From: Nocardia sp. NPDC006982 | GTDB lineage: Bacteria > Actinomycetota > Actinomycetes > Mycobacteriales > Mycobacteriaceae | NCBI RefSeq assembly: GCF_042869435.1 | Contig: NZ_JBIAFV010000007.1 | Location: 441,202-505,201 of the forward strand | Direction of reading: 5' to 3' | Length of the DNA: 64,000 bases | Part shown: in pieces, positions 20,144-30,300 of the stretch | Position numbering within the stretch: the stretch's first letter is position 1 | Layout: every line of letters starts with the position of its first letter | The notes under the pieces: model-generated | Seen by the model: the letters and a program-made list of their open reading frames with translations, nothing else | Told to the model about the DNA's origin: nothing | Databases searched by the model: none | Program-made: the position numbers and the translations under genes

Positions 20144-21556
20144 TCAGCCACGGGTGGATACATCTCGGTCGCTGCACATCGCGAGCGGGAAGGTTCCGTT
20201 CCGGCGCATCGAGTGAGCATGGGCCACCAGCTCGGCAATCCCCTCCCGGATCCCGTCGGCTATCACGTCGATATCGGGTGTGGTGTCGTAGTCGCCGGTG
20301 ATGCCGAAGGCCAAGTGGTCGCCGTAGCTGAGGATGGCTATAGCGGTGCGCAGCCGCATCGCTATCGGCACACATGGCAGCAGTTCCAGCACCTTTGCAC
20401 CGTGCACGGTCAGTTCGCGCCGCGGGCCTGCGACGTTGGTCGCCAGCGCGCCGACGCCACGCTGCGGGAAATGCGCCGCCAGCCGGACGGTCCACGCGAC
20501 CGGGGCGAACGGGAGCCGCCCGGCCATCGACAGCAGCGAGTTTTCGGCCTGGGCCGCGCCGCTGGACTTGTGTGTGGTCATCCGGTCATGGATTCGGCCG
20601 AGTCGTTCGACCGGGTCGGCGATATCAATCGGCAGGTGCGGCAGCATCGCCGAAACCCGGTTGTCGAGTATGTATTTCGCGTCCGTCGGACGCATCGATA
20701 CCGGCACCAGAATGCGCAGCTTATCGCCGGTGGGTTCCTCGCCGCGGCGCAAGAGCAGACTGCGGTACGCCGCGGTGACCGCGGCGAGCACGACGTCGTT
20801 GACGGTTACACCGAATGCCGAGCCGACCTCGCGTACGTCGGACAGCGACATGCGCACAGCGACATAGCGGCGCTGGAGCCCGATGGGGCCGTTGAGCGAG
20901 GAACCGGCGGCCGGACTGATGGTCGCCAGCACGACCGGTGCGAGGCTGCGCAGCGTGCCGACCACGAAGCGCGGCGCCACCAACGGCATACGCAAGCCCT
21001 TGACCGCCAACCCGAACCATTCTGCCGCAGTGCGGGTTTCGTGATTCTGCGGTGGCTTGCGGGTCGGCCGGTCCTTTGGGCTCCGATCGCAGAAGCTCTC
21101 GAGTAGCGAGATGCCCGAGACGCCGTCGACAAGGCTGTGGTGTGCCCGCACGATCAGCGCCCAGCGGTCATCGGCGACATGTTCGACCACGGTGCACTGC
21201 CACAGCGGGTGGTCCCGGTCGAGCCGCTCTGCGAGTTCGGTCGCGATGAGTTCGAACAGCGTTTGTTCATCACCCGGTTCGGGTAGTGCGGCCCACCGGA
21301 TATGACGAGCCACCTCGAAATTCGGATCGTCCTCCCATACCGGTGCAACGAGATCCAGTGGTGCGCGCCGGACCCGCTGCCGTAGGCGGGTGTTGTGCGC
21401 GAGCCGCTCAGCCAGCGCCTCGATGAATTCGGCTCGCTTCGGCGCCGCACCGGAAATGATCGCGACCGCACCGATTCCGAGACTGATATGCCGGTCGGAA
21501 TCCTCGAGTTCGATGAATCCCGAATCCAGCGGGCGTAATTCGGTCATGATGGGCAC
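20144..21556 (-). CDS. Wax-ester synthase / acyl-CoA:diacylglycerol acyltransferase (Tgs-like)
   Basis: HHSLVDGVSG active-site motif. ~470 aa WS/DGAT architecture. Confidence 0.9.
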   Translation of the reverse strand: MPIMTELRPLDSGFIELEDSDRHISLGIGAVAIISGAAPKRAEFIEALAERLAHNTRLRQRVRRAPLDLVAPVWEDDPNFEVARHIRWAALPEPGDEQTLFELIATELAERLDRDHPLWQCTVVEHVADDRWALIVRAHHSLVDGVSGISLLESFCDRSPKDRPTRKPPQNHETRTAAEWFGLAVKGLRMPLVAPRFVVGTLRSLAPVVLATISPAAGSSLNGPIGLQRRYVAVRMSLSDVREVGSAFGVTVNDVVLAAVTAAYRSLLLRRGEEPTGDKLRILVPVSMRPTDAKYILDNRVSAMLPHLPIDIADPVERLGRIHDRMTTHKSSGAAQAENSLLSMAGRLPFAPVAWTVRLAAHFPQRGVGALATNVAGPRRELTVHGAKVLELLPCVPIAMRLRTAIAILSYGDHLAFGITGDYDTTPDIDVIADGIREGIAELVAHAHSMRRNGTFPLAMCSDRDVSTRG

Positions 21557-21568
21557 CTATCTCGATCG

Positions 21569-22168
21569 TCACGAATCCTGTCCGACCGGTCGGCTCATCC
21601 CGCGCCACTCCCGGTCCAGCGCCGCGTAGCGGCGCGCCCGCAGTAGCCCGGCGATCCCGTAGCCCAGGAGCATTGCGCAACTCCAGACGGTGACCAGAAT
21701 CGTCAGGCCGATGCCGATACCGCTGCTGGCGGCATTGATCGCACGAACTGGTGGTGTGGTGAGATTGCCACCGCGGTCGAGCCACACCTGCACCGCATCG
21801 CCCGGTGCGGACTTGCCAGGAACCTCGGTCGTCGTCGTCCCGGAGTTGCCGTTGTAATCCCAACGCACGGTCGCTTCGAACCGTTCGGTAGTCGCCCCAT
21901 AGGCGTCCACCGTCACAATCCGCTCCGGTTTCGTCGTGATCGTCGCGGGCACAGCGACTTTCGTCGCATTCTCGAGCCGAATCCGGCTCGCGGCCGCGGT
22001 GTAACCCGCGGTACCCGCCGCGCCCGCGACCGGCACCGCAACCAGCATGACAATGATCGCGAACAGCCACACCACTGGCTCGACCCGATCCGATACCCGC
22101 ATCAGCGAACTCGTGCGCCACGGTCGGCGCCGCCACCAACGGGTCGACAAGGACGGGTACTCCGACAT
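21569..22168 (-). CDS. Rv1733c-like membrane protein (DosR-regulon homologue)
   Basis: Internal Met. RVSDRVEPVVWLFAIIVMLVAVPVAGAAGTAGYTAAA parallels Rv1733c RGTDRLEAVVMLLAVTVSLLTIPFAAAAGTA. Second TM helix near the C-terminus. Confidence 0.7.
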   Translation of the reverse strand: MSEYPSLSTRWWRRRPWRTSSLMRVSDRVEPVVWLFAIIVMLVAVPVAGAAGTAGYTAAASRIRLENATKVAVPATITTKPERIVTVDAYGATTERFEATVRWDYNGNSGTTTTEVPGKSAPGDAVQVWLDRGGNLTTPPVRAINAASSGIGIGLTILVTVWSCAMLLGYGIAGLLRARRYAALDREWRGMSRPVGQDS

Positions 22169-22173
22169 AGCGA

Positions 22174-22476
22174 TCACCTCGCACCCTGTGTCGTGGTGTC
22201 CGGCTCGGTTAACGAGCCCGGGTGCGATAACTCGTGCGGCAGTGCGGCGAAGCGCGCCGCGCTCAGCTCCTGCTCGCGTAGCTGCGCGCTGCTCAGCACA
22301 TAAGCGTCGGGCCCTGGAAAGGTCAGCGTGCGATGCCCGGTATCGGACCAATGCACCAGGTACGGTGGCGAGCCGTCGGGCGAATGCACCTCCTCGATGA
22401 GGCCGCGCCGAGTCGGGCCGTGGTCGCCACCGCCACCGCGCTCGACAATCAGCCAGTCTCCTGGTTGTGCGTGCAT
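22174..22476 (-). CDS. DUF1918 protein (Rv0569-like)
   Basis: MHAQPGDWLIVERGG...GLIEEVHSPDGSPPYLVHWSDTGHRTLTFPGPDA matches Rv0569 (VGDWLVIKG...IIEVRSSDGSPPYVVRW...PGPDA). GGAGG SD 6 nt upstream. Confidence 0.75.
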   Translation of the reverse strand: MHAQPGDWLIVERGGGGDHGPTRRGLIEEVHSPDGSPPYLVHWSDTGHRTLTFPGPDAYVLSSAQLREQELSAARFAALPHELSHPGSLTEPDTTTQGAR

Positions 22477-22495
22477 GAGCGGACCTCCGAGTAGT

Positions 22496-23548
22496 TCAGG
22501 CCGTCGTACGCAGGATGCGGACGAGGAAGTAGCCGGTGACGGCGGCCATTGCCGCGGCCATAAACAGGCCACCGGCGATGCCGATCAACACCACGAGCGA
22601 TGTGGACTGTCCGGGCTGCCACAGTGGGCTGGTGAACGCCATGAAGACGAACAGCCCGGCCAGCCAGGCCAGGGCCGTCGCCGCGATCCAGCGGTCCGCA
22701 TCGATGAGGAAGTGGCGCAACACAAACCACTGCGCGCCGAGTGACAAGAGCAAGCCGATCCCGCCTACCACCGCCGCGGGCACCAGCACCCGTGGCGACC
22801 ACGCGTCGAGTCCGTCACCGGCCAGCAACGGGACCACACCTATCGACCAGGCGACCAATGCCCCGAGTGCCGTGGCGCGAATCCAGTCGCCCGGCGGCAT
22901 TGCGGGTACAGCCGACCGCAACACCCTGGCCTGGAACCAGCCGAGGACACTGCCCTCAACGAGTCCGGCGATCAGCAGCGCGATGGCGGCGGCGAGTGGT
23001 GCGGCCACGCGCACCAGAGCACCGGTCACCGCTGGCGCCGCGAAGCCCAGCAATTCTCCCGCCGTGACGTTGGCGAACCAGTGTCGCCACAGTTCCCGCG
23101 GTTCGGTGGGCAGGTCCGGGACGCCAGCCATCGGCTCGCGTGTACCGGACAACTCGATCGCCACGATCGGATCGGTCGTCGGCACCTCCGTACGGGGAAA
23201 TGCCGCCTGATAGATCGCTGCCGCTTCCTCGCGTTCCAGCGAATCACGTTGTGTCACATGCCCCGTTCCTCGGTACCACCGTCCATCGAGCCATATCGAA
23301 AACGGCAGGGGTGTGCGGAAGTTGCGCCACCACGTCTTCGACTCGGCGCGACCGACCCGGACGATCACCTTGTGGTCCATGCGGGCATAGGACACGGGTA
23401 AGGCGATAGAACGACCCGAACGTCGCGCCTGATATCGCAGCTCGCACAGGTTGTGTCGCAGTCCGTGAACAAGCGGGGAATGCAGTGCCGACAACATCAC
23501 GGATGCGCCGAATCCTGGTGCCCGATATCGAGTCGCGCTGGTCGTCAT
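22496..23548 (-). CDS. Two-domain protein: N-terminal PNPOx-like (F420/FMN-binding split-barrel, Rv0080/Rv3129-like) fused to a C-terminal multi-TM domain
   Basis: RSGRSIALPVSYARMDHKVIVRVGRAESKTWWRNF has the PNPOx/DUF385-like pattern. The C-terminal ~200 aa hold 5-6 hydrophobic helices. Confidence 0.55.
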   Translation of the reverse strand: MTTSATRYRAPGFGASVMLSALHSPLVHGLRHNLCELRYQARRSGRSIALPVSYARMDHKVIVRVGRAESKTWWRNFRTPLPFSIWLDGRWYRGTGHVTQRDSLEREEAAAIYQAAFPRTEVPTTDPIVAIELSGTREPMAGVPDLPTEPRELWRHWFANVTAGELLGFAAPAVTGALVRVAAPLAAAIALLIAGLVEGSVLGWFQARVLRSAVPAMPPGDWIRATALGALVAWSIGVVPLLAGDGLDAWSPRVLVPAAVVGGIGLLLSLGAQWFVLRHFLIDADRWIAATALAWLAGLFVFMAFTSPLWQPGQSTSLVVLIGIAGGLFMAAAMAAVTGYFLVRILRTTA

Positions 23549-23752
23549 GGGTCAATCGTCACGCCAGCGCGTGGTGCGGCGGCAGGACCGAATGGCACCA
23601 ACTGCGCAGCCGTTGGCCCCTCAGAATTGCGCCGCCGGTCCCGGAACCCGGACCGCACGATCCAGGTTCTACTAGCAACGACCATCCTTGGCCCCCGGTA
23701 GTGCGGGCTGCTCCAGCACACACCACTACCCGGCGACCGGCCGGGTGGTTGC

Positions 23753-24547
23753 TTACACGCCGGAGATATCGCGGCGATCGAAGATAGGCAACGCGACCAG
23801 CAGGCATGCGATTCCTGCGAGCGCAAGCCACGAATACGCCAGCGGCAGACCGGCGCCGAGCGGGCCGCCCTCGATCGCCTGATGGAACGGTGACCACGGT
23901 CCGTACGGTTGCACCGCCGCGACCAGCTTGCTCGTCATGTACAGCACATAGGCGGCGACCGCGAGCACCGCCGCGGCGACCGATGCCACGATCCGCCGAC
24001 CGGTTGCCGCGCCGACCGCGGCGGCGATCAACCCGAACTCGATGCCGAGCAGCGCCATCGATAGCGCCCCGGTGGCGGCGGCGCCGATCGACACTCCGAG
24101 ACCGAAGATCGCCGAGGCCACCGCGATCGACCCGAATAGCACGATGGCGAGCGTTCCCACCGACGCGATTACCACGGCCGCCTGTTCGAGTGCCAGCCGT
24201 ATCGGTGAAACCCCGTTCACCAGAAGTACTTCCAGCGTCCCGCGTTCTTCTTCACCGGCGATGCCACGCGCACCGCGGCCGATGGCGAACACCAGGAACA
24301 GGATCGGCAACAGCATGCTGAACAGTTCGCCGTTCAGAAATCCGGCGCCGGTGAAGAATTGGTCGAGGTTGAACAGTTTGCGCATTGGTTCCGGGTAGTT
24401 CTTCAAGAACTCTTGCACACCGGACATATTCGAAAACGATGGCCAGATAGCCGATTCCAGTACCACCAGCGCGACGATGCCGATGCTCCAGCCGAGCAGT
24501 GCGCGCCGCTGGTCGCGCAGGCACTTCGTGAACACCGTACCCAGCAT
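23753..24547 (-). CDS. ABC-2 family transporter permease
   Basis: Six TM helices with ABC-2-type topology. Immediately downstream of the ATPase. Confidence 0.8.
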   Translation of the reverse strand: MLGTVFTKCLRDQRRALLGWSIGIVALVVLESAIWPSFSNMSGVQEFLKNYPEPMRKLFNLDQFFTGAGFLNGELFSMLLPILFLVFAIGRGARGIAGEEERGTLEVLLVNGVSPIRLALEQAAVVIASVGTLAIVLFGSIAVASAIFGLGVSIGAAATGALSMALLGIEFGLIAAAVGAATGRRIVASVAAAVLAVAAYVLYMTSKLVAAVQPYGPWSPFHQAIEGGPLGAGLPLAYSWLALAGIACLLVALPIFDRRDISGV

Positions 24548-24553
24548 GGTGAC

Positions 24554-25444
24554 TTAATCCTGTCCGTAGTAGGCGAGGAAGACCTCTTCGAGATCCGGTT
24601 CGCGACTGATGATGTCGGTGACCTCATACGGTGCAACCGCCTGTAGCAATCGCGCGGTCGGCCCTTCGAGTTCGACGTGGACCGCCTTGGTGTTGGCGTG
24701 CACCGCCCGTATCCCATCGATGTGGCGCAATGCGTCCAGATCCGGCGGCGTGCCCGCGAATATGAGATCCAGCCGACGCAGCGGCCGGGCGGTGAGTTCG
24801 GCGATCGAGCGCACCTCCACCAGCCGCCCTTGCCGCAGGATGCCGACGGTATCGGCCACTTCCTGGACCTCCGAGAGCATATGCGAGGACAGGAAGACCG
24901 TGCGTCCTTCGTCTCTGACCTCGCGCAGCAGCGTATGGAATTCGTGCTGGACCAGCGGATCCAGGCCCGCGGTCGGTTCGTCGAGGACGAGCAGTTCGGG
25001 TTCGGCCATGAACGCTTGCACGATCCCGACCTTCTGCCGGTTGCCGTGTGACATCGCACCGATCCGTGTCGAGGTATCCAACCCGAGGCGCTCGGCGAGC
25101 CGGACACGCACCTCGAGGTCGACCCCGCCACGCAGGTTCGCGAGATAGCTCAGATACTGCTCGCCCGTGAGATCCGGGTAGGCGACGAATTCGCCAGGGA
25201 GATAGCCGATCCGGCGTTGTGCCGCGGCTCGGTTCCGTACTGTGTCCGCACCGCAGATTGCGACGGTACCGCGCGTCGGCCGCAGCAGACCCGCCAATAT
25301 TCGGATGGTGGTGGTCTTCCCCGCGCCATTGGGGCCCAGGTAACCGAAGACGACTCCGGCCGGCACCTCGAGGCTCAGGTCAACCAGCGCCGATTTTTTG
25401 CCATAGCGCTTGGTCAACCCTGCCGTTCGGATGGTCGGTGGCAT
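24554..25444 (-). CDS. ABC transporter ATP-binding protein
   Basis: Walker A GPNGAGKTT, signature and Walker B (LLVLDEPTAGLD). Confidence 0.9.
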   Translation of the reverse strand: MPPTIRTAGLTKRYGKKSALVDLSLEVPAGVVFGYLGPNGAGKTTTIRILAGLLRPTRGTVAICGADTVRNRAAAQRRIGYLPGEFVAYPDLTGEQYLSYLANLRGGVDLEVRVRLAERLGLDTSTRIGAMSHGNRQKVGIVQAFMAEPELLVLDEPTAGLDPLVQHEFHTLLREVRDEGRTVFLSSHMLSEVQEVADTVGILRQGRLVEVRSIAELTARPLRRLDLIFAGTPPDLDALRHIDGIRAVHANTKAVHVELEGPTARLLQAVAPYEVTDIISREPDLEEVFLAYYGQD

Positions 25445-25468
25445 TGGTACCTTTTCGCTCGGGCCCGC

Positions 25469-26440
25469 CTACAGCGGCCGCACCACGTCATCGAGTGGGC
25501 GTCGCGGGGTGAGTGGTACCTGCGCGGCACTTGTCGAGGCCCAGCCGATTCGAACGATCAATTGTGGGAAACCACTGTCGGACAGGACGTCGGTGCGCAC
25601 CAGGTCGCGAGTGCCCGGCAGTTCCAGCGGTTCGGTGAGCGGGCAGGTGGCCAACCCGAATGTGGTGGCGGCCAACAGGACCGCGCTGGTGGCCTCGCCC
25701 GCGCGCAACCGGGACAGTGGATCGTCGGCGGTGGTGTGCACCAACAGCAGCACGCCGCGGTCGTCGAGATCATGGATCACCGCCTCGGTCAGCTCGGGAC
25801 TGCGGAACTCGCGGGTCAGTGGATCTGTTGCGGTGACGGCGCTGCGGGCGGGTACGCCCTCGGGCGTGACATGGCGCCCGCTCCACAGCGCGAGTTCGGT
25901 CTGGTACCTCGCGTCGTCGCGATGCAGGCGAGCGGCCTCGTGAAAGGCCTGCACCAGCCGCGTCCGGGTGCCACCGCCGGCGATCTCATGGACCAGCGCG
26001 CCCTCCGCGGCCCCCGCCTCGATGATGTGCCTGGTATGTGTGGGCGGGACCTCCCATGAGGTGAAGCGTCGCCGATCGGTACGGCGACGGGTTATGCCCC
26101 TGGCCACCGTGATGACGTCGGCGGCGGGGATCGTCGTGGTGAATTCGATGGATGCGAGGTGTTGCGGCTCGGCCGGATTCGGGAACCGATGCACCACGGC
26201 GTGCCAACCGAACGACCGCGCCGCCACCGCGAAGTGATGCAGTGCCGCCCCGCAGCTGAGCAGCAGATCGCGCCGATCCGGATCGGTCAGTGCCAGCTGC
26301 CGGCTGTCGTCGGCGTAGAGGTGCACCGTGCGGTCGCCGACGCGCCACTGCCACGGCTGGGTGTTGTGTATCGACGGTGCGCGCACGGCCAGCGCGAGCG
26401 CGGATCGCACTGTCTCGGGATCAGGATGCGTTTGGGCCAT
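25469..26440 (-). CDS. Acg-family nitroreductase, paralogue 3
   Basis: RAPSIHNTQPWQWRV and DARYQTELALWSG motifs. 323 aa. Confidence 0.85.
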   Translation of the reverse strand: MAQTHPDPETVRSALALAVRAPSIHNTQPWQWRVGDRTVHLYADDSRQLALTDPDRRDLLLSCGAALHHFAVAARSFGWHAVVHRFPNPAEPQHLASIEFTTTIPAADVITVARGITRRRTDRRRFTSWEVPPTHTRHIIEAGAAEGALVHEIAGGGTRTRLVQAFHEAARLHRDDARYQTELALWSGRHVTPEGVPARSAVTATDPLTREFRSPELTEAVIHDLDDRGVLLLVHTTADDPLSRLRAGEATSAVLLAATTFGLATCPLTEPLELPGTRDLVRTDVLSDSGFPQLIVRIGWASTSAAQVPLTPRRPLDDVVRPL

Positions 26441-26461
26441 TGCCTTGTCCTTGTCCAGTGT

Positions 26462-26551
26462 CTATGACTTCTTGGCGGACAGATAGGTGGTCACGATGAC
26501 CATCAATGCGATGACTAGGGCGACAATGACGGTCGCGGTGGGCCAGTCCAT
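26462..26551 (-). CDS. Putative 29-aa hydrophobic small protein (MDWPTATVIVALVIALMVIVTTYLSAKKS)
   Basis: ATG preceded by a near-consensus GAAGGAG SD at -6. Single predicted TM helix. 21 nt upstream of acg paralogue 3. Below the ORF-track size cut-off. Confidence 0.4.
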   Translation of the reverse strand: MDWPTATVIVALVIALMVIVTTYLSAKKS

Positions 26552-26783
26552 GACGGCTCCTTCGATCGGACAGCTTGTGATCCCACTCTCTGTCGCGTAC
26601 CTGGTCGCCGAATAGGGGAATTAGGTCCAGCGACCAGGTCTTTCGGCCTCTCCCAGCCAACCCCGGGTCGTAGTGCCTATCGGCCCACGAGAGTGGGACG
26701 AGTGGCCCTGCCCCCGCCACGATGGAGCAAATACCGTCGGTCGACAAAGTCATCCACGCACGAGCTGGCAAGAAGGGGACGAG

Positions 26784-27041
26784 ATGACATCGGTGAGATC
26801 GGATAGAGTCACACACGACGTCGTTGTCGCCGCTGTGATCGAGCACCTTCGACACGACTTTCCCGCTGTCGCTGCCGACGTTCTGCACGCCGCGGCTGCC
26901 CGTGCGCGACACGATCTCTGCGATGCCCCGGCCAGTTGGTTGCCCGAGCTCGCCGAGCGGTTGGCGTGGTGGCGGCTCGAATCGGCTTCGGGTGGGTTCC
27001 GCCGATGGAGTCCGCTCCATCCCGCCGCAACAACTCCCTGA
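26784..27041 (+). CDS. Small conserved hypothetical protein (three-helix-bundle-like)
   Basis: MTSVRSDRVTHDVVVAAVIEHLRHDFPAVAADVLHAAAARARHDL...WLPELAERLAWWRL. G-rich SD upstream. Family assignment is from memory only. Confidence 0.45.
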   Translation: MTSVRSDRVTHDVVVAAVIEHLRHDFPAVAADVLHAAAARARHDLCDAPASWLPELAERLAWWRLESASGGFRRWSPLHPAATTP

Positions 27042-27322
27042 CTAGCGCGCGCCGGTGTCGATCCCGGCAGCCACGGCGGCGATACCAACTCGGATGCTGA
27101 TCCGGTGCGCAATGCGTTCGACGGGCGTCATCGCTGTCGCGGCTGATTCCGCAATCGCGCCGGGCACGCGCAGCGGCCCGTCCCGGTGGAGGAGGAGTGA
27201 ATTCGTGCAAAAATGCCCCGCCCGCGTGCGACTCGGCCGGAAACCAGCTGAAGGCGGCGGTCGGTTCGGGGAACCGGGCGATGATGGTGCCAGCCCGCCG
27301 CGATCACAGACAGCCGCTCGCC

Positions 27323-27360
27323 GGGACTTCCGGCCCTTGATCAAGGGGACCGATCACCCC
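27323..27360. promoter_or_regulatory. Two adjacent candidate DosR/DevR-type boxes (GGGACTTCCGGCCC and GGGGACCGATCACCCC), 12-50 nt upstream of the otsB1-like start
   Basis: The first matches GGGACTWWAGTCCC at 11 of 14 positions. Mtb otsB1 is DosR-controlled. Confidence 0.3.
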
Positions 27361-27371
27361 AATCTGAAGAG

Positions 27372-30300
27372 GTGAGAGCAAGCGGACAGCCTGCACCGGT
27401 GATCGATGTACGCAGGCACGACGCGGTGATCTTCGATATGGACGGGGTAGTCACCGACAGCGCGTCGATGCATGCCGCCGCGTGGACCGAACTGTTCGAC
27501 GCGTTTCTCGCCGAACTCCCCGCCGGGCCGGGCCAGGACCGATCACCGTTCACCGACGCGGATTACCAGCGTTACGTGGACGGTAAACCGCGCTACAGCG
27601 GTGTGGCGGATTTCCTTGCGTCGCGCGGAATTTCGCTGCCATGGGGCGATCCATCCGATCCGGAGAGCGCCGCCACCATCTGCGGTCTGGGCGATCGTAA
27701 GGATCATCTGTTCCAGGATCGGCTGGCCCGCGACGGAGTCCCGGTTTTCGAGTCCACGGTCGCGCTGGTGCGTGAGTTGCGTGACGCGGGCATCGGTACG
27801 GCGATCTTCTCGGCCAGCCGTCACTGTGCCGAAGTGCTCGAGGCGGCCGGTGTCGGCGATCTGTTCGCGGTGCGCGTCGACGGGATCGTCGCCGAGGAGT
27901 TGCGGCTGACGGGCAAACCCGATCCGGCGATGCTGGTCGAGGCTGCGCGTCGGCTGGGTGCGGATCCGCGCCGGACCGTCGTTGTCGAGGATGCCGAAGC
28001 GGGAGTCACCGCCGGTCGGCGGGGCGGGTTCGCCTTGGTGATCGGCGTCGACCGGACCGGGCACGCCGACCAGTTGCGCTCGCATGGCGCCGATGTGGTC
28101 GTCACCGATCTGGCCGAGGTCCGTGTGCGTGCCGGATTTCGGCGCATGTCGGAGGTGGCGGGTGCGCTGGAGTCCTGGCCCCGGATCTCCGCCCTGCTCG
28201 ATACCGAGAACGTGGCCGTACTGATGGATTTCGACGGCACGGTCGCCGAGATCGTTCCGGACCCGGATAACGCCGCCCTGGTCGACGGAGCCGCGTCGGC
28301 GATCACCGCACTCGCCGACGAATGCCCCGTTGCGATCGTCAGCGGCCGCGATCTGACCGATCTGCGAAAGCGGGTGGGGTTGGCGGGAATCTGGTATGCG
28401 GGGAGCCACGGCTTCGAACTGGTCGCTCCCGACGGCAGCTATCACGTACACGATGCAGCACCGTCTGCTGAAAAGGCGATCGCTGCCGCGGCAGCGGAAC
28501 TCGGCCGCCGGGTCGGCGATATTCCCGGAGTTCGGGTGGAGCACAAGCGATTCGCCATTGCGATGCACTATCGCAACGCCGCGCCCGAGGTCGTTGCCCG
28601 GGCGGTCGGTGCGGTGCACGCGGTCGCGCAGCAGGGCGGGCTGCGAGTGACGAACGGCCGCAAGGTCACCGAGTTGCGCCCGGATGTGGACTGGGACAAG
28701 GGCCGGGCATTGGACTGGATCCTGGGTCATCTGCCGGGCCCGGAACTGCCGATCTACCTCGGCGACGATCTGACCGACGAGGATGGCTTCGATGCCGTCG
28801 CGGCGCATGGCATCGGAATCGTGGTGCGGCACACCGAGGACGGGGACCGGCGCACGGCGGCCCGATTCGCGGTGGACGGCCCCGGTCGAGTCCGCGACCT
28901 CCTCGATCGGATGGCGGGGACCCTGGGCCGCGAATCCGATTCGGAGGCGGCCGATGCCTGGACACTCGTCTTCGACGGGTACGATCGGCACACCGAGAAA
29001 CTGCGCGAAGCGCTGTGCACGGTGGGCAACGGTTACTTCGCCACGCGCGGTGCCGCACCCGAATCGCGGGCCGGTGAGCACCACTATCCGGGCACCTACG
29101 CGGCCGGAATCTACGACCGCCGCAGCGACAAGCTCGCGGGGCGAACGGTGAACAACGAGAGCCTGGTGAACCTGCCGAACTGGCTGCCGGTGTGGTTCCG
29201 GATCGATGACGGCGAATGGTTCGACATCGACACCGCCGAATTGTTGTCCTACCGACAGGAACTCGATCTGCGTCAGGCGGTGCTGACCCGCCGGTTCCGA
29301 TTCCGCGACACCGCGGGCCGGATCACGCAGGTCACCCAGCGCCGGATCGCCGCCATGCATCGGCCGCACGTATGCGCTCTGGAGACGACGATCGTCGCTG
29401 AGAACTGGTCGGGACGGCTGCAGATCCGCTCGGCGCTCGACGGTGCCGTACGGAACTCGTTGGTGGGACGCTATCGGGCCCTGTCCGGTGACCATCTCAC
29501 TCCGGTGCGGGCTAGGAAACTATCCGCGGATTCGGTGCTGCTGGTCGTGGCGACCAGCCGATCACGGATTCCAGTGGCGATGGCGGCCCGCAGCAGAATT
29601 CTGCGAGACGGGGAGGCGATCACCGGCACAGGACAACTCGTCGACCGGGATGGCATGATCGGACACGACTTCGACGTGCAGATGACCGCCGGGGCTGCGG
29701 CGACCTTGGAGAAGGTCGTCACCGTCTTCACCGGGCGCGACCACGCGAGCTCCACTCCGGAGGAGGAGGCTGTCCGCTGGCTGAGTTGCCAGCCCGGGTT
29801 CGCGGATCTGCAGTACGGGCACGCAGCGGCGTGGGACCACCTGTGGGACAGGGTGCGTCTCGATCTCCAAGACCGCGAGAACGCGGTGCGCATATTGCGT
29901 GTGCACCTGCTGCATCTGCTGCAGACACTCTCACCCAACACCGCCGACCTCGACGTGGGTGTCCCGGCGCGAGGCCTGCACGGGGAGGCGTATCGCGGAC
30001 ATGTTTTCTGGGATGAGCTGTTCGTATTCCCGGTGTTGAATCTGCGCTTTCCTGCCCTGACCCGATCGCTGTTGCGCTACCGCTACCGGCGATTGGCAGA
30101 AGCGCGCCGCGCCGCAGCTGAAAACGGTTGGGCAGGTGCGATGTTCCCGTGGCAGTCCGGCAGCGACGGCCGCGAGGAAAGCCAGCAGACCCATCTCAAC
30201 CCCCGGTCCGGGCGTTGGAACCCCGACCCTAGCCAACGGGCCAGGCACATCGGCATCGCGATCGCCTACAACGTCTGGCACTACTATCAGGCGACCGGCG

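Noticed and set aside
23640-23665. Near-palindrome GTCCCGGAACCCGGAC upstream of the PNPOx-TM gene
   Set aside because: The half-site order (GTCCC first, GGGAC second) is reversed relative to the DosR box GGGAC-N4-GTCCC. It is not a DosR-type site, though it might bind something else.
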